From assembly GCA_964552775.1 (NCBI GenBank), contig CAZKIH010000011.1, positions 15,206-79,205 of the forward strand: a stretch of DNA of 64,000 bases, written 5' to 3'. Below, in pieces: positions 37,807-47,551 of this stretch. The notes under the pieces were generated by a model. The model did no database searches. It had not been told where the DNA came from and saw only the letters and a program-made list of their open reading frames with translations. Source of the stretch: an uncultured Ignavibacteria bacterium. Its GTDB lineage: Bacteria; Zixibacteria; MSB-5A5; CAIYYT01. A program made the position numbers and the translations under genes. Within the stretch, counting starts at the first letter, position 1. The number at the start of each line of letters is the position of its first letter.

Positions 37807-38721
37807 CTACTGCTTTGGTAATCGTTGAAAGAATCTCGCTGCCAGAGCCTTTGCCTTACCTATATCAGAATACCCGGTTACGACCGCCAGCGTTTGCCTG
37901 TCTATTGCGCACAATACGGCTCCATGATCCGGGTGGGAGCCGACCAGTGATTGAATCTCGCCTTCCATAAGCCACTCATCTACTGTGCCCCTGTCACCAA
38001 TGAATTCGTCGGTCGCAGTAGTGAGTCCTATGGCCGAATTCACCATGAAATAAAGTCTCATCGTATCGTCAGCCACAACATATTGACAACCAAAGAATTC
38101 CGGGAATTCCTCATGGTCCATTTGATCGAGTGGACGAAGCGTTTCTGTGTTAGGAATTCGGCCTTCGGGAGGAAAAAGCACCAAGTGCCTTGGCCAGGAA
38201 TCTGTCGAGTCGACAATCGCCTGATACACCATGCTCGCCGTTTCAATCAGTTGGTCATCGCCAATATCGCCAATTCGTTCAAACCTTCCCAAGTGGCTCC
38301 CTTTTAGAAAACACAGCATATCGCCAGTGATGTAGCTTCGAGGCAGGTCACTAATTGTCTTTGTGGTGGAATTACGGTTCATTGCGAACATTGTAAATGC
38401 GTTGATTGGCTCCATGAATTCAATAACTTCAATTTTCAGAGACCGCGAATTGTCCGAAGATGCATAGATACCGGTAGCGAGTGTGTCCAGACCATTATTG
38501 AGGAAGATCTCAGCTTGTTGACTTAGGTGATCCCAGACTGTACTTCGGTCATAGATTTTTGCCGTGTCCCGCAGCACCAAATCGTTGAGGATATTCTGCT
38601 TAGGCAGTACTTGGCGCAAATCGCTCGACTGGGTCTTTGGCGCGGATGAGCCTGAACAACCAGCAATCGCCAAAATGAGAAATAATGAACTAAAGCAAAA
38701 AAGGTGAATACTAGACCGCAT
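37807..38721 (-). CDS. Hypothetical lipoprotein
   Basis: Lipobox LAIAGCSGSS after the signal peptide MRSSIHLFCFSSLFLI. Confidence 0.5.
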   Translation of the reverse strand: MRSSIHLFCFSSLFLILAIAGCSGSSAPKTQSSDLRQVLPKQNILNDLVLRDTAKIYDRSTVWDHLSQQAEIFLNNGLDTLATGIYASSDNSRSLKIEVIEFMEPINAFTMFAMNRNSTTKTISDLPRSYITGDMLCFLKGSHLGRFERIGDIGDDQLIETASMVYQAIVDSTDSWPRHLVLFPPEGRIPNTETLRPLDQMDHEEFPEFFGCQYVVADDTMRLYFMVNSAIGLTTATDEFIGDRGTVDEWLMEGEIQSLVGSHPDHGAVLCAIDRQTLAVVTGYSDIGKAKALAARFFQRLPKQ

Positions 38722-38764
38722 AATCTCGGGAATCCTTACTGAACCAGTTCGAGCCCAGGAATCT

Positions 38765-39646
38765 TCAACCACCGGTTAACCAGAATATCGCCATGACCGA
38801 GAGAAACCACAAGACAATATTGATCAGAATCGGCATGTCAGTAAGTAGCAGTCGCGTGGGTGAGCCGCCGCCTTCCTCCTGATGAATCAAATAGAGATAA
38901 CGGAATATTCCATAGAGAACGAAAGGTATCGTCAACTCAAGATGCTTGACGCCCAACTTCTCCTGAATCTCCGGGGACAGCGTGTAAAAAGTATAGGCGA
39001 CAACGGTCGAGGCAGTCACCACGCCGATAAGCTGATCGAGAAAATAAGGTGAGTATTTCTTGAGAGTCACACGATGACTATACGCCTGATCCTTCAGAAT
39101 CACCAGTTCGTGTCTTCGCTTGCCAAACCCAATAAACAGAGCCAAGAGAAATGTGCAGGCGATCAGCCAGGACGATGTGGGGACAGATATAGCAAAGGAG
39201 CCGGCAACGGCACGCAGGACAAACGATACCGCTATCGACATGACGTCAATGATAACGATGTCCTTGAGCAATGAAGTATAGAGAATGTTGAAGGCGACGA
39301 AAATCAAAGTGACGTTGAGAAAACTTCGCGGAAGAAGAAATGACAACCCTAATCCACATACTATGAGTCCAACTGCCAGCGCCCGGGCGGCAACTACTGA
39401 GACCGTCCCCGAAGCCAATGGGCGGCTCTTCTTAAGCGGATGGAGGCGATCCGTTTCCCGGTCGTGCAGATCATTGATCACGTAAATAGCTGATGACAGC
39501 AGGCAGTAGATTCCGAATGCCATCAGTGTGTGGAGAATGTTCTGCGTGTCTGTGAACTGGCGCGCAAAGATCAGCGCCCCGAATACGATCAGGTTTTTTA
39601 CCCACTGATCGGGTCGCAGGAGAATAAGGATTGCTCGTAGGTGCAT
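38765..39646 (-). CDS. UbiA-family prenyltransferase (decaprenyl-phosphate phosphoribosyltransferase-like / possible DGGGP-synthase-like)
   Basis: NDxxDxxxD motif NDLHDRETD; about 8 TM helices. Confidence 0.7.
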   Translation of the reverse strand: MHLRAILILLRPDQWVKNLIVFGALIFARQFTDTQNILHTLMAFGIYCLLSSAIYVINDLHDRETDRLHPLKKSRPLASGTVSVVAARALAVGLIVCGLGLSFLLPRSFLNVTLIFVAFNILYTSLLKDIVIIDVMSIAVSFVLRAVAGSFAISVPTSSWLIACTFLLALFIGFGKRRHELVILKDQAYSHRVTLKKYSPYFLDQLIGVVTASTVVAYTFYTLSPEIQEKLGVKHLELTIPFVLYGIFRYLYLIHQEEGGGSPTRLLLTDMPILINIVLWFLSVMAIFWLTGG

Positions 39647-39680
39647 CAGGCGATTTCTATCTGCATGTGAGAATGGTTTG

Positions 39681-40319
39681 TTATATCGTCTTGAACGGCA
39701 ACGCCTTGCGGATCTCAGGCAGAGCTATGTGCATGAAGTTCTCCGCCAGTTGCTGGCATTCTTCCGGTTTCTTGCCACTCTGACCGACAGTCAACCGGAT
39801 GATAACTGCATCGGTCGGCGATAACAAGAGCGAATTGCGCACAAGATCAAACTTCAGCGCATATTCGGAAGCAAGATCACCGGAGCGCGTATGAAACCAA
39901 TAGAACATCTGATCAACTCGGGATCGTTTGGTTATGGTCATTCGATTGACCTCGATTTCGCGATCTCCCAAATCAAAAGGAACATGGTCCAGTCCCGTCA
40001 GGACCCAGCCGCCGCCGGGAAGGCAATGACGAGGCGAGTGAATTTGTGAACCGTACTTCTGATCCCGAAAATAGGCAATATACAGACCGACGTAATTTCC
40101 CGCACCGTCCGTGTATCCCCGCAATAGAACATCCGTCGCCTGCAGCACAGCTGCCGTAGCCTCGCCCACAGGAAAGACCTCAGCCTTCCAGCCCGCAATC
40201 TCAAGAGGAATGTCAGCCAAGCGCGAAGGCTGGTCGGGTTCCACTGCCATATATCGAAGTACCGTTGCCATCGCTCCGAACGGCAGCAACAAGACGATTA
40301 TGACCAGAAACTTCTTCAC
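39681..40319 (-). CDS. epsI: EpsI-family exosortase-associated protein
   Basis: ~210 aa with N-terminal TM. 4-nt overlap with the upstream exosortase gene. Confidence 0.6.
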   Translation of the reverse strand: MKKFLVIIVLLLPFGAMATVLRYMAVEPDQPSRLADIPLEIAGWKAEVFPVGEATAAVLQATDVLLRGYTDGAGNYVGLYIAYFRDQKYGSQIHSPRHCLPGGGWVLTGLDHVPFDLGDREIEVNRMTITKRSRVDQMFYWFHTRSGDLASEYALKFDLVRNSLLLSPTDAVIIRLTVGQSGKKPEECQQLAENFMHIALPEIRKALPFKTI

Positions 40320-41221
40320 CTTTTCGATTCTCCGTCTTGCTCCGTCTTCTCGCCGATATGAAGCACACTACTCAAAATCAAGAGACAAACCAAACTGAAC
40401 ACAAATACTATGGTACCTGACAATTCATGAATGAAATCTTCAGCGATGGAGCGTGAAATTCCATAAGCACCCATCGCCGTTACCCAGATTCGAAAGATGT
40501 TAGCCGCCACGGCGATCGGAACTGTCGCAACAAACAAGGTAATTGCCTTCCACTTAACAGTTTGAGTCAAGTAAGCCAATAATGCGCCTAAAGCCAGCAG
40601 GGTGACCAGCGAACGAAGTCCGGAACAAGCCTCTGCCACCTCAAGGGAGTAGTTATCAAGCAGGTGGATAATATTCCCCTGGCGAAGGTGAGGCACGCCG
40701 AACAACCCAAGTAGGCCGGCAGCGACCTTTGAACCAAGCATTTGAAGCGGAAATGTTGCGCTGTAATAGATGATGTAAGGCACCGGTATCATGAAAAGCA
40801 GGAAGAAGAATGCAAACCAAATCTCCCTCGCAAATCGCGCTCCGGCAAGGTACAGTGTTATTCCAAACAACAAGCCAACTAATGAGATTCGTGCGGTGAA
40901 GTATTCCATGCCGGCCGTGCCGAGAATGAAGATGATCAGAGATGCGATCATGACCGGAATTCCCAGCTTGCTCGATTCCAGAGGGATTGTCCGCAACGCG
41001 GCTCGTTTCCTCCAAATGATCCAGGCACTTACCGGGATGATCAAAAAGCCGTGGGAATAATTGTCATCGGTGTACCAATCACCCGCTAATTGCACCAGAA
41101 TCGGCAAATACATGAGCAGAATGATGCAGCCGATTATGACAATCTGCCACATCGGTAATTCAAACGAACCGCCGGTAGCCAGTGACTTGCCGGGTGAATG
41201 GGCGATGTCGTTCTTAGGCAC
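40316..41221 (-). CDS. Exosortase (Xrt-family transpeptidase)
   Basis: W..DDNYSHGFL N-terminal motif; catalytic Cys in LEVAEACSGLRSL; conserved Arg in NIFRIWV; 8 TM helices. Confidence 0.75.
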   Translation of the reverse strand: MPKNDIAHSPGKSLATGGSFELPMWQIVIIGCIILLMYLPILVQLAGDWYTDDNYSHGFLIIPVSAWIIWRKRAALRTIPLESSKLGIPVMIASLIIFILGTAGMEYFTARISLVGLLFGITLYLAGARFAREIWFAFFFLLFMIPVPYIIYYSATFPLQMLGSKVAAGLLGLFGVPHLRQGNIIHLLDNYSLEVAEACSGLRSLVTLLALGALLAYLTQTVKWKAITLFVATVPIAVAANIFRIWVTAMGAYGISRSIAEDFIHELSGTIVFVFSLVCLLILSSVLHIGEKTEQDGESKR

Positions 41222-42164
41222 GGCTCTTCAGTGAGGCTTCACGTTTGTAAAACGCTATGGTCTTTTCTAATCCTTCTCGGAAGCCAATAGCTGGCTTGAT
41301 CCCGAGGACCCTCTCGACTTTAGATACATCAGCAAAAGAGTGCTTGATATCACCGGGGCGGGGATCGTCGTAGTGGGCAGTAATGTTCGTACCGATTAAT
41401 TCATTTAGCTGCTTCAGTAGCTCATTCAGTGTGTATTGGCCTCCGCAGGCGAGATTATATACTCCCGGAATGACCGCTTTCATCTCGCAAGCCTTGATGA
41501 TTCCATCAACCACATTGTCAATATACGTGAAATCGCGCGATTGCAGGCCGTCTCCGAATATCGTTGGCTGTTCCTTGCTCAGTAGGGCATTGATAAATTT
41601 CGGGATCACTGCCGCATAGTGACTGTTCGGATCCTGGTTGGGTCCGAAAACGTTGAAGTATCTGAATGCGACGCACGGCATCTTATAGAGATCGGAATAA
41701 ACACTGCAGTAATACTCACCCGTGATCTTGTTGACGGCGTATGGAGACATCGGAGCCGGTAGCATGTCTTCGTGTTTCGGAAGCGTTGGTGTATCACCAT
41801 AGACCGAAGAGGATGATGCGAAGAAGAACTTCTTGACTCCGTTGCGGCGAGCACATTCGAGCATGGTCAGTGTGCCGTTTATATTAGTGTGATTGGCGGT
41901 GAGAGGATTCTCAACCGATCGATTAACCGAAGGAAGCGCCGCCTGGTGAAGAACAAAATCAATCTCGCGACAACAGTCCAGTACCGTCCAGAAGTCGCAG
42001 ATATCTCCTTCGATAATATCAATCTCGGATTCAACGTCTCTCAGGTTCTGGCGTCTGCCGGTCGAAAAATTGTCCAAAACCCTGACCTTATCACCACGCT
42101 TAACGAGCGACTTGACGATGTTTGAGCCTATGAATCCAGCGCCACCTGTAACGAGATATCTCAT
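41214..42164 (-). CDS. NAD-dependent nucleotide-sugar epimerase (WbpP/TviC-like, extended SDR)
   Basis: VTGGAGFIGSN Rossmann motif; YxxxK. Confidence 0.8.
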   Translation of the reverse strand: MRYLVTGGAGFIGSNIVKSLVKRGDKVRVLDNFSTGRRQNLRDVESEIDIIEGDICDFWTVLDCCREIDFVLHQAALPSVNRSVENPLTANHTNINGTLTMLECARRNGVKKFFFASSSSVYGDTPTLPKHEDMLPAPMSPYAVNKITGEYYCSVYSDLYKMPCVAFRYFNVFGPNQDPNSHYAAVIPKFINALLSKEQPTIFGDGLQSRDFTYIDNVVDGIIKACEMKAVIPGVYNLACGGQYTLNELLKQLNELIGTNITAHYDDPRPGDIKHSFADVSKVERVLGIKPAIGFREGLEKTIAFYKREASLKSRA

Positions 42165-42287
42165 AAGAACTTATCCTCTCCAATTCCGTTCAGTATTCAT
42201 ATCGACAGCAGTCTGCATCGCCTTGATCTTGCTCGAACTCGATTCCCATACAATCGGGGCTCTTTCCAACAAACGCTATGATAGCGG

Positions 42288-43277
42288 TCAGCGGATATAC
42301 TCATTGGTCTGCCTGCCTGCCGGATGATCTCGAAACCACGAAATGGTTCGCTTCAGTCCTGCTTCTAGGCTGATTTCAGGCTTCCACCCTAATACACTTT
42401 GAGCTAGTCCATTGTTGGACAACAATCGTTCAACCTCTGATTGCTGCGGTCGCAAACGGTTCGGATCGCGCACCGGTTTCGTTTTGACACCAACCAGATT
42501 GGCGATCAAATCTACGAGCTCTCCTATTGATATCTCACGCCCGACACCAAGGTTGATTGTCTGCCCGATCGCCTGGTCAGCTTCGGCGCCGCAAATCATG
42601 CCGGTTGCCGTATCCGTGACATAAGTAAAATCGCGCGTGGGCGAGGTTGCACCAATTCGCAACTCATTTCCGACAAGCAACTGCGAAATGATAGTCGGGA
42701 TTACCGCGCGAAGCGACTGACGCGGACCGTAGGTGTTAAACGGACGGACGATGACAACAGGCAGCCCAAAGCTGCGATAGAATGAATCCGCCAACATGTC
42801 GGCTGAGATCTTAGAGGCCGAATATGGCGACTGTCCGACTTTGGGGTGGTTCTCGTCAATGGGAACGTACTGCGCCGTCCCATAGACTTCGGAAGTGGAA
42901 ACATGTACCACGCGCTTGACACCTTGATCAAGTGCCGCTGTGAGAACATTGGTCGTTCCGACAATATTCGTCTCGACATAATTGCGCGGATGAACATACG
43001 AGTACGGTATTCCGATCAGCGCAGCAAGATGAAACACGACATCGCATCCCTTGACCGCGTTTCGCACAGCATCAGAATCCTTAATGTCTCCGGCTATGAC
43101 TTCAGTCTTGCCGGTGACACTCTCGGGCATCGTGTCGATCCAGCCTCGATCCGAGCGCGAGTTGTAACGAATGAAAGCGCGGACGTTCGCGCCCTTGGCA
43201 ACCAAGGCTTCAAGTAGATGACTGCCGATGAATCCGGCTGCGCCGGTCACCAGGACAGTGCGGTCTCTCAATTTCAT
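42288..43277 (-). CDS. NAD-dependent nucleotide-sugar epimerase/4,6-dehydratase (extended SDR)
   Basis: VTGAAGFIGSH; catalytic YSASK. Confidence 0.8.
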   Translation of the reverse strand: MKLRDRTVLVTGAAGFIGSHLLEALVAKGANVRAFIRYNSRSDRGWIDTMPESVTGKTEVIAGDIKDSDAVRNAVKGCDVVFHLAALIGIPYSYVHPRNYVETNIVGTTNVLTAALDQGVKRVVHVSTSEVYGTAQYVPIDENHPKVGQSPYSASKISADMLADSFYRSFGLPVVIVRPFNTYGPRQSLRAVIPTIISQLLVGNELRIGATSPTRDFTYVTDTATGMICGAEADQAIGQTINLGVGREISIGELVDLIANLVGVKTKPVRDPNRLRPQQSEVERLLSNNGLAQSVLGWKPEISLEAGLKRTISWFRDHPAGRQTNEYIR

Positions 43278-43355
43278 GCAGGTATTATTGCGATGTTGGC
43301 AATATTAACGCAAGCGAGAATCTGAGGCTCTTCCCGCTTCACACTCCTGCTTCTC

Positions 43356-44240
43356 CTATGGACTGTACAGGATCTGCAGCTTTGCACCGGGTGTTCCGGT
43401 GAAATAGTCATACACATTCAACAAAATTGGGCCGGATGTCCCAAATTCAGCCTGATGCAGCGCCTTGATGAGAGCCAGGTCAAAACGCAGAGTGGTGTTT
43501 GTCCAACAGCGTTCATCCTGACAGTCTTTGCGGCAGTTATCATCATTGTTGTCGTGGCGCAAGTAGAGACTCGCTTGCACTGGATTTGATTCGGCGAATT
43601 CGCCGGGGGACATGTACAGAAAATAGTAATGGTTTTTGCAGCCGCCGCCGTGAGCGAGGTGGACAAACAGCGTGTCGGCAACGATTGCAACGCTGTCGAG
43701 GTCAAACGGATCGAGAGTTAATAGAGTTGGGAGTATCGAAACGGGTGTCACCGGTTCTACCAGAGCAGGTTTTGGCGATTCCTCGACAACGCGCAACGTG
43801 ATTCGCCAGGGCGGTAATGGTGACGTGGTGGATTTGTAGACTATCAACTCGTAAGGGTCCGGTCGTACAGCGTGAAGCTCGAAGTTGTAGCCGTTCCATG
43901 TTTCTGCAAGTGCGCTTGCTTCGCTGGTCCACGACAACCCGTACTTTCCCAAGACCAGATGCGCACCACCCGCTGATTCGGAGTTGACGTACAGCTCAAT
44001 CTCGACGAAGCCGGGATCGATGCAACCGAGTTCCCCGCTGCAGCGAGTGTCGTTGAGCATGCTGGACATACTGACGCTTAGGTCGGCTTCCTTGATTATT
44101 GCTGTTTGCTGCACTGCGAGTTCAAACGTAGCGCCAAGGTCGGCGTAAAAGATTTCCTGTGTGTTGGGTGGATCGGAGCATTGGAGAGAGAGCAAGCCAA
44201 GAAGCGCGATAGCTGCCACCCTGTAAGCGACTTGAATCAT
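43356..44240 (-). CDS. Hypothetical lipoprotein (start at internal Met MIQVAYR)
   Basis: Lipobox LSLQCS. The N-terminal extension of the 43356-44435 ORF overlaps the upstream gene, so the internal start is preferred. Confidence 0.45.
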   Translation of the reverse strand: MIQVAYRVAAIALLGLLSLQCSDPPNTQEIFYADLGATFELAVQQTAIIKEADLSVSMSSMLNDTRCSGELGCIDPGFVEIELYVNSESAGGAHLVLGKYGLSWTSEASALAETWNGYNFELHAVRPDPYELIVYKSTTSPLPPWRITLRVVEESPKPALVEPVTPVSILPTLLTLDPFDLDSVAIVADTLFVHLAHGGGCKNHYYFLYMSPGEFAESNPVQASLYLRHDNNDDNCRKDCQDERCWTNTTLRFDLALIKALHQAEFGTSGPILLNVYDYFTGTPGAKLQILYSP

Positions 44241-44349
44241 ATTGGACTCCTTCCGCAAGTAAAACGAACCAACGGAAGATTTGTCTATAAAGATTTCCAT
44301 GATTTCTGTGGCGGGTGGCGCCCAATTTGGGGCGCCACCGGGGGGACTC

Positions 44350-44868
44350 TTAGTGGTGGGCGTGAGCCGCGTGAACAAATGCATGGCCGCGTCCACGCTT
44401 GATGAGCCAACGATTGACCGGATAAGCGGCTGCACCGGCCAGCAGAAGCGAGGAGATCATGCTCGCCCAGAAGAGACCGGATAGTGGTCCCGCAGTCATG
44501 GCGCCGGGAATTACGAGCATAACGGCGTTATCGATGATTTCCATGATGATGATTGACACGGTATCGGATGCTAAAGCGAGAAGCAAAGCCGATCCGACTG
44601 CCAAACCGGAACGCAACAGCGGTACCAAGGTAAGGCCGTAACCGAAGAAGAAGGCGAGAGCGACAGAAAGGGCTATTGTCGACCAGGTGCCCCAGCCGAG
44701 GGACATGCCGATCAGCATCCCCAGAATTTCGCCGATCGCACAACCGGTCAGACAGTGAATGGTGGCGCTTAAGGCGAGTCGATTTAGTGATACGGGTGTT
44801 GACCGCTGATGTTCGTGGTGCATTGCGTGATTCATATAAGTACCTCCGTGTTCAGTTTCCAGCTTCAA
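44350..44868 (-). CDS. DUF4396-family integral membrane protein with His-rich termini
   Basis: HCLTGCAIGE motif; His-rich N-terminus (HAMHHEH) and C-terminus (HAFVHAAHAHH). Confidence 0.55.
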   Translation of the reverse strand: MKLETEHGGTYMNHAMHHEHQRSTPVSLNRLALSATIHCLTGCAIGEILGMLIGMSLGWGTWSTIALSVALAFFFGYGLTLVPLLRSGLAVGSALLLALASDTVSIIIMEIIDNAVMLVIPGAMTAGPLSGLFWASMISSLLLAGAAAYPVNRWLIKRGRGHAFVHAAHAHH

Positions 44869-44971
44869 GCGACCAAGATTTTTGACCGCACAAGTTGAGA
44901 CGGGGACCGGTGAAAAGGTTACAGTGCAATTCTGATATTTTGTGGAAAAATGGGATTTTCAGAAGATCGTG

Positions 44972-45511
44972 TTAATTGCGCGAACAGGTGCAGTCGAGAC
45001 AACCGTGCTTGGCGCAGGTGCGGCAGGTTTCCTCGAGACGCTCGCGCAAAGCCTGCCTGGCGCGATGGCGGCGAACCTTGAGATTGTTGATGTTGGTTCC
45101 GAGCTGTCTTGCGAGAGTCGCTGGGTCGCCATCAGCAAGATCGAGCTTTTCAATAAGTTCGGCGTATTCGGGTTTTAGCGCGGGGAGCAAATCACGGAAG
45201 CACTCACAGAGTTCGCTTTCCTCGCTTTGATCAGGTGCGGCGTGCGAGTCGAGCTGATAATCCGAAGACTCGATGTGGCGCGCCTCAACGGCGCGATGGC
45301 GATAGAAATCGATGATGGCGTTATTGAGGATAGTGTAGAACCACGAGGTGAACCGTTCGTCATCACGGATTTCGCCGGCCGATTTCAGCGCTTTGGCGAA
45401 ACTGTCCTGCAGGATATCCTCGGCGGTTTCCGGGTCGGCAACTTTCTTGCGGATGAGCGCGAGAAGTTTCTGCCGTTGAGCGAGCAAGCGGCTGATCAGA
45501 ATCTCATTCAT
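44972..45511 (-). CDS. ECF-type sigma-70 factor with C-terminal Cys-rich extension (CorE-like)
   Basis: Sigma region 2 (DILQDSFAKAL...FYRHR) and region 4 (ATLARQLGTNINNLKVRRHRARQALRE). C-terminal tail CRTCAKHGCLDCTC. Confidence 0.7.
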   Translation of the reverse strand: MNEILISRLLAQRQKLLALIRKKVADPETAEDILQDSFAKALKSAGEIRDDERFTSWFYTILNNAIIDFYRHRAVEARHIESSDYQLDSHAAPDQSEESELCECFRDLLPALKPEYAELIEKLDLADGDPATLARQLGTNINNLKVRRHRARQALRERLEETCRTCAKHGCLDCTCSRN

Positions 45512-45566
45512 TTGAAAAGGAATACGATGTTCGCACGATGAAGTTTGTTGCGGCATAGATTGCTGT

Positions 45567-45962
45567 TTACAAAGTAGTCGCAGTATCTTCACAGAAGGCG
45601 AGCACATGGCCATCGGGATCAAGACTGTAGGCGACTCGATGTCCCCAGGGCCGCAGTGCCATCGGACTTAACTCCGTAGCGCCAGTCTCAAGGGCTCGAA
45701 CGTGGTGAGACTCAGCTTCGGCGAGCATCAGGTACAATTCCGCGCGCGGCACTCCGTGGGCGGTTGCAGGGTCGGGCAGTGAGTTACCCAGAAGCCGCCT
45801 GATTCCGGTCTCTGGCATGAGGCCAAGGGTGGCGCCGTCATTCAACTTGAACTCGGTCATCCCCGGGACGAAAAGAATCGGCTCGCACGCCAGAACGCGC
45901 GAGTAGAATCTGGTACTCGCCTCCTGATCAGCCACATAAAGAATGAAGAGCGCGGGCCTCAA
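45567..45962 (-). CDS. VOC-family (glyoxalase/bleomycin-resistance-like) protein
   Basis: 131 aa, glyoxalase-like betaalphabetabetabeta module. Confidence 0.55.
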   Translation of the reverse strand: MRPALFILYVADQEASTRFYSRVLACEPILFVPGMTEFKLNDGATLGLMPETGIRRLLGNSLPDPATAHGVPRAELYLMLAEAESHHVRALETGATELSPMALRPWGHRVAYSLDPDGHVLAFCEDTATTL

Positions 45963-46438
45963 TGCTGCACCCAGTCCGGCATGGGATTATCTGGCCGTTC
46001 GTCATCCCACACCATCGAGACAACCCACCAGCGTTCACTTTCCCACAGAAGTTGGATGCTGTTGATTCCTCGCCCAATGACAGTATCGTCGATATCGCTG
46101 AGTACGGCTTCGTAGGCGCTGAAAATATGTCGGATAGATCCAAACGCTTCCTCCCGCCGGGCGATTTCTGTCTCCCGAAATCCCTTGTCCCTAAACATAT
46201 CGCTCTGGAAAACGACTTTTCCTCGTTCGACAAACTGCTCGACAGTCAATGACACCGAATCAGGGAGACTTCGTTTGGGGACCAGCAGCCTGCCGTCCGG
46301 AATAAACAACGATCGCAGCTTCTTCCAGTCGGCCGTTTCGCCCTGCTTGAAGGAGATAGAATCATAAAGTGCTTTGATGATGGCGCTGACCGATGCGACA
46401 TGTAACGGGTCAGCCTCAATAAGTGGTGTAGGTTTCAT
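45959..46438 (-). CDS. SnoaL/NTF2-like fold hypothetical protein
   Basis: 159 aa; NTF2-like pattern. Confidence 0.4.
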   Translation of the reverse strand: MKPTPLIEADPLHVASVSAIIKALYDSISFKQGETADWKKLRSLFIPDGRLLVPKRSLPDSVSLTVEQFVERGKVVFQSDMFRDKGFRETEIARREEAFGSIRHIFSAYEAVLSDIDDTVIGRGINSIQLLWESERWWVVSMVWDDERPDNPMPDWVQH

Positions 46439-46539
46439 AGGTCGAATTTACGTGATTTCAGTACGCGGTGTCAAGTTGAGGAATTGGGTAACCAACAGCT
46501 TGCTGTGCAGTAGCTTCTATAGCAGGCACCATGAGAACT

Positions 46540-46690
46540 GAGTCCGTAGGGGCGCGGTCTGCGCGCCCATAGATTGCAAGTGAGCGTCAGTTGTAGGTCA
46601 GGAGCCCCGCGCTCCTGACATCCGCTAGTGATGATCATGGTTGGCGTTGCAGTGCCTGGCACACACCCTCGTGTGCCACGTAATGTCAAA
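46540..46690. repeat. Cluster of REP-like palindromes
   Basis: GGGGCGCGgtctGCGCGCCC. GTAGGTCAGGAGCcccgcGCTCCTGAC (shares the GTAGGTCAG head with REP-A). GGCACACAccctcGTGTGCC. Confidence 0.55.
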
Positions 46691-46720
46691 TTGTCCTGTG
46701 CTCTTTCCCGATTGACTAGA

Positions 46721-47539
46721 TTATCCAAAAATATCGTTCAGATCCTTAAACGCCGCCGCCTCACTGAGGCTGTCAAACGACCCGGTTTTGAGAATTTCTG
46801 AAGCCGATCGCATCAACGCCCCCAGCGCCACGCGCGAAAGCGCCGATCCGACCGAGATCCGGCGCACACCGAGATCGGCCAGCCGTGCTACGCTCAGACC
46901 GGGCACCGGCGAAGACACCAGCACATTGACCGGCAATGGCGCGACGGCCTTGACAATTCTACTGATCGCCTCGGGGTCACGCACTCCCGGCGCATAAAGA
47001 CAATCCGCGCCGGCCTCGGCGAAAGCGACCAATCTGTCGAGCGAGACTCGCTCGGCTTCTGGGTCGCCCACCAGCCAGGCCTCGCAGCGCGCCGTCAAAA
47101 GCACTCCCGTTCCAGTAGCATCGACGGCCGCTCTCGCGGTGCGCACTCGTTCTATCGCGACAGCTCGCTCAAATAACGGCCTCGCACCGTCGCCCGTGGC
47201 GTCCTCGATCGAAAGTCCAGCGACCCCGGTCTCGACGCAGAGTTTGACGTTGCGCGCGAGTGTCTCCAAATCTTCCGCATAGCCGGACTGGAAATCAGCG
47301 TTGACCGGAAGCGGTGTTGCCTCGACAATTTCCTTGATGTGCGCAAGTACGTCGTTGAGCAACAGCGCCTGCGGTTCGTCGCTCAGCCCGCTCGTAAACG
47401 CGTACCCGGCCGAGGTCGTTGCCAGCGCCTTGAATCCGATATGGTGAAGGATTTTCGCCGAGCCGATATCCCACGGATTCGGAATCACAAAACACCCCGA
47501 GGCGTGGAGGGAGTGGAAATTGGAACTGAGATTAGGCAT
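46721..47539 (-). CDS. Isocitrate lyase/PEP mutase superfamily enzyme (methylisocitrate lyase / carboxyvinyl-carboxyphosphonate phosphorylmutase-like)
   Basis: ICL/PEPM family fold. Confidence 0.75.
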   Translation of the reverse strand: MPNLSSNFHSLHASGCFVIPNPWDIGSAKILHHIGFKALATTSAGYAFTSGLSDEPQALLLNDVLAHIKEIVEATPLPVNADFQSGYAEDLETLARNVKLCVETGVAGLSIEDATGDGARPLFERAVAIERVRTARAAVDATGTGVLLTARCEAWLVGDPEAERVSLDRLVAFAEAGADCLYAPGVRDPEAISRIVKAVAPLPVNVLVSSPVPGLSVARLADLGVRRISVGSALSRVALGALMRSASEILKTGSFDSLSEAAAFKDLNDIFG

Positions 47540-47551
47540 CTCTCGCTACTC

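Noticed and set aside
44240-44435. N-terminal 65-aa extension of the lipoprotein ORF (MQPLIRS...)
   Set aside because: It overlaps the C-terminus of the DUF4396 gene on the same strand, and a lipoprotein signal peptide begins at the internal Met. The extension is probably not translated.
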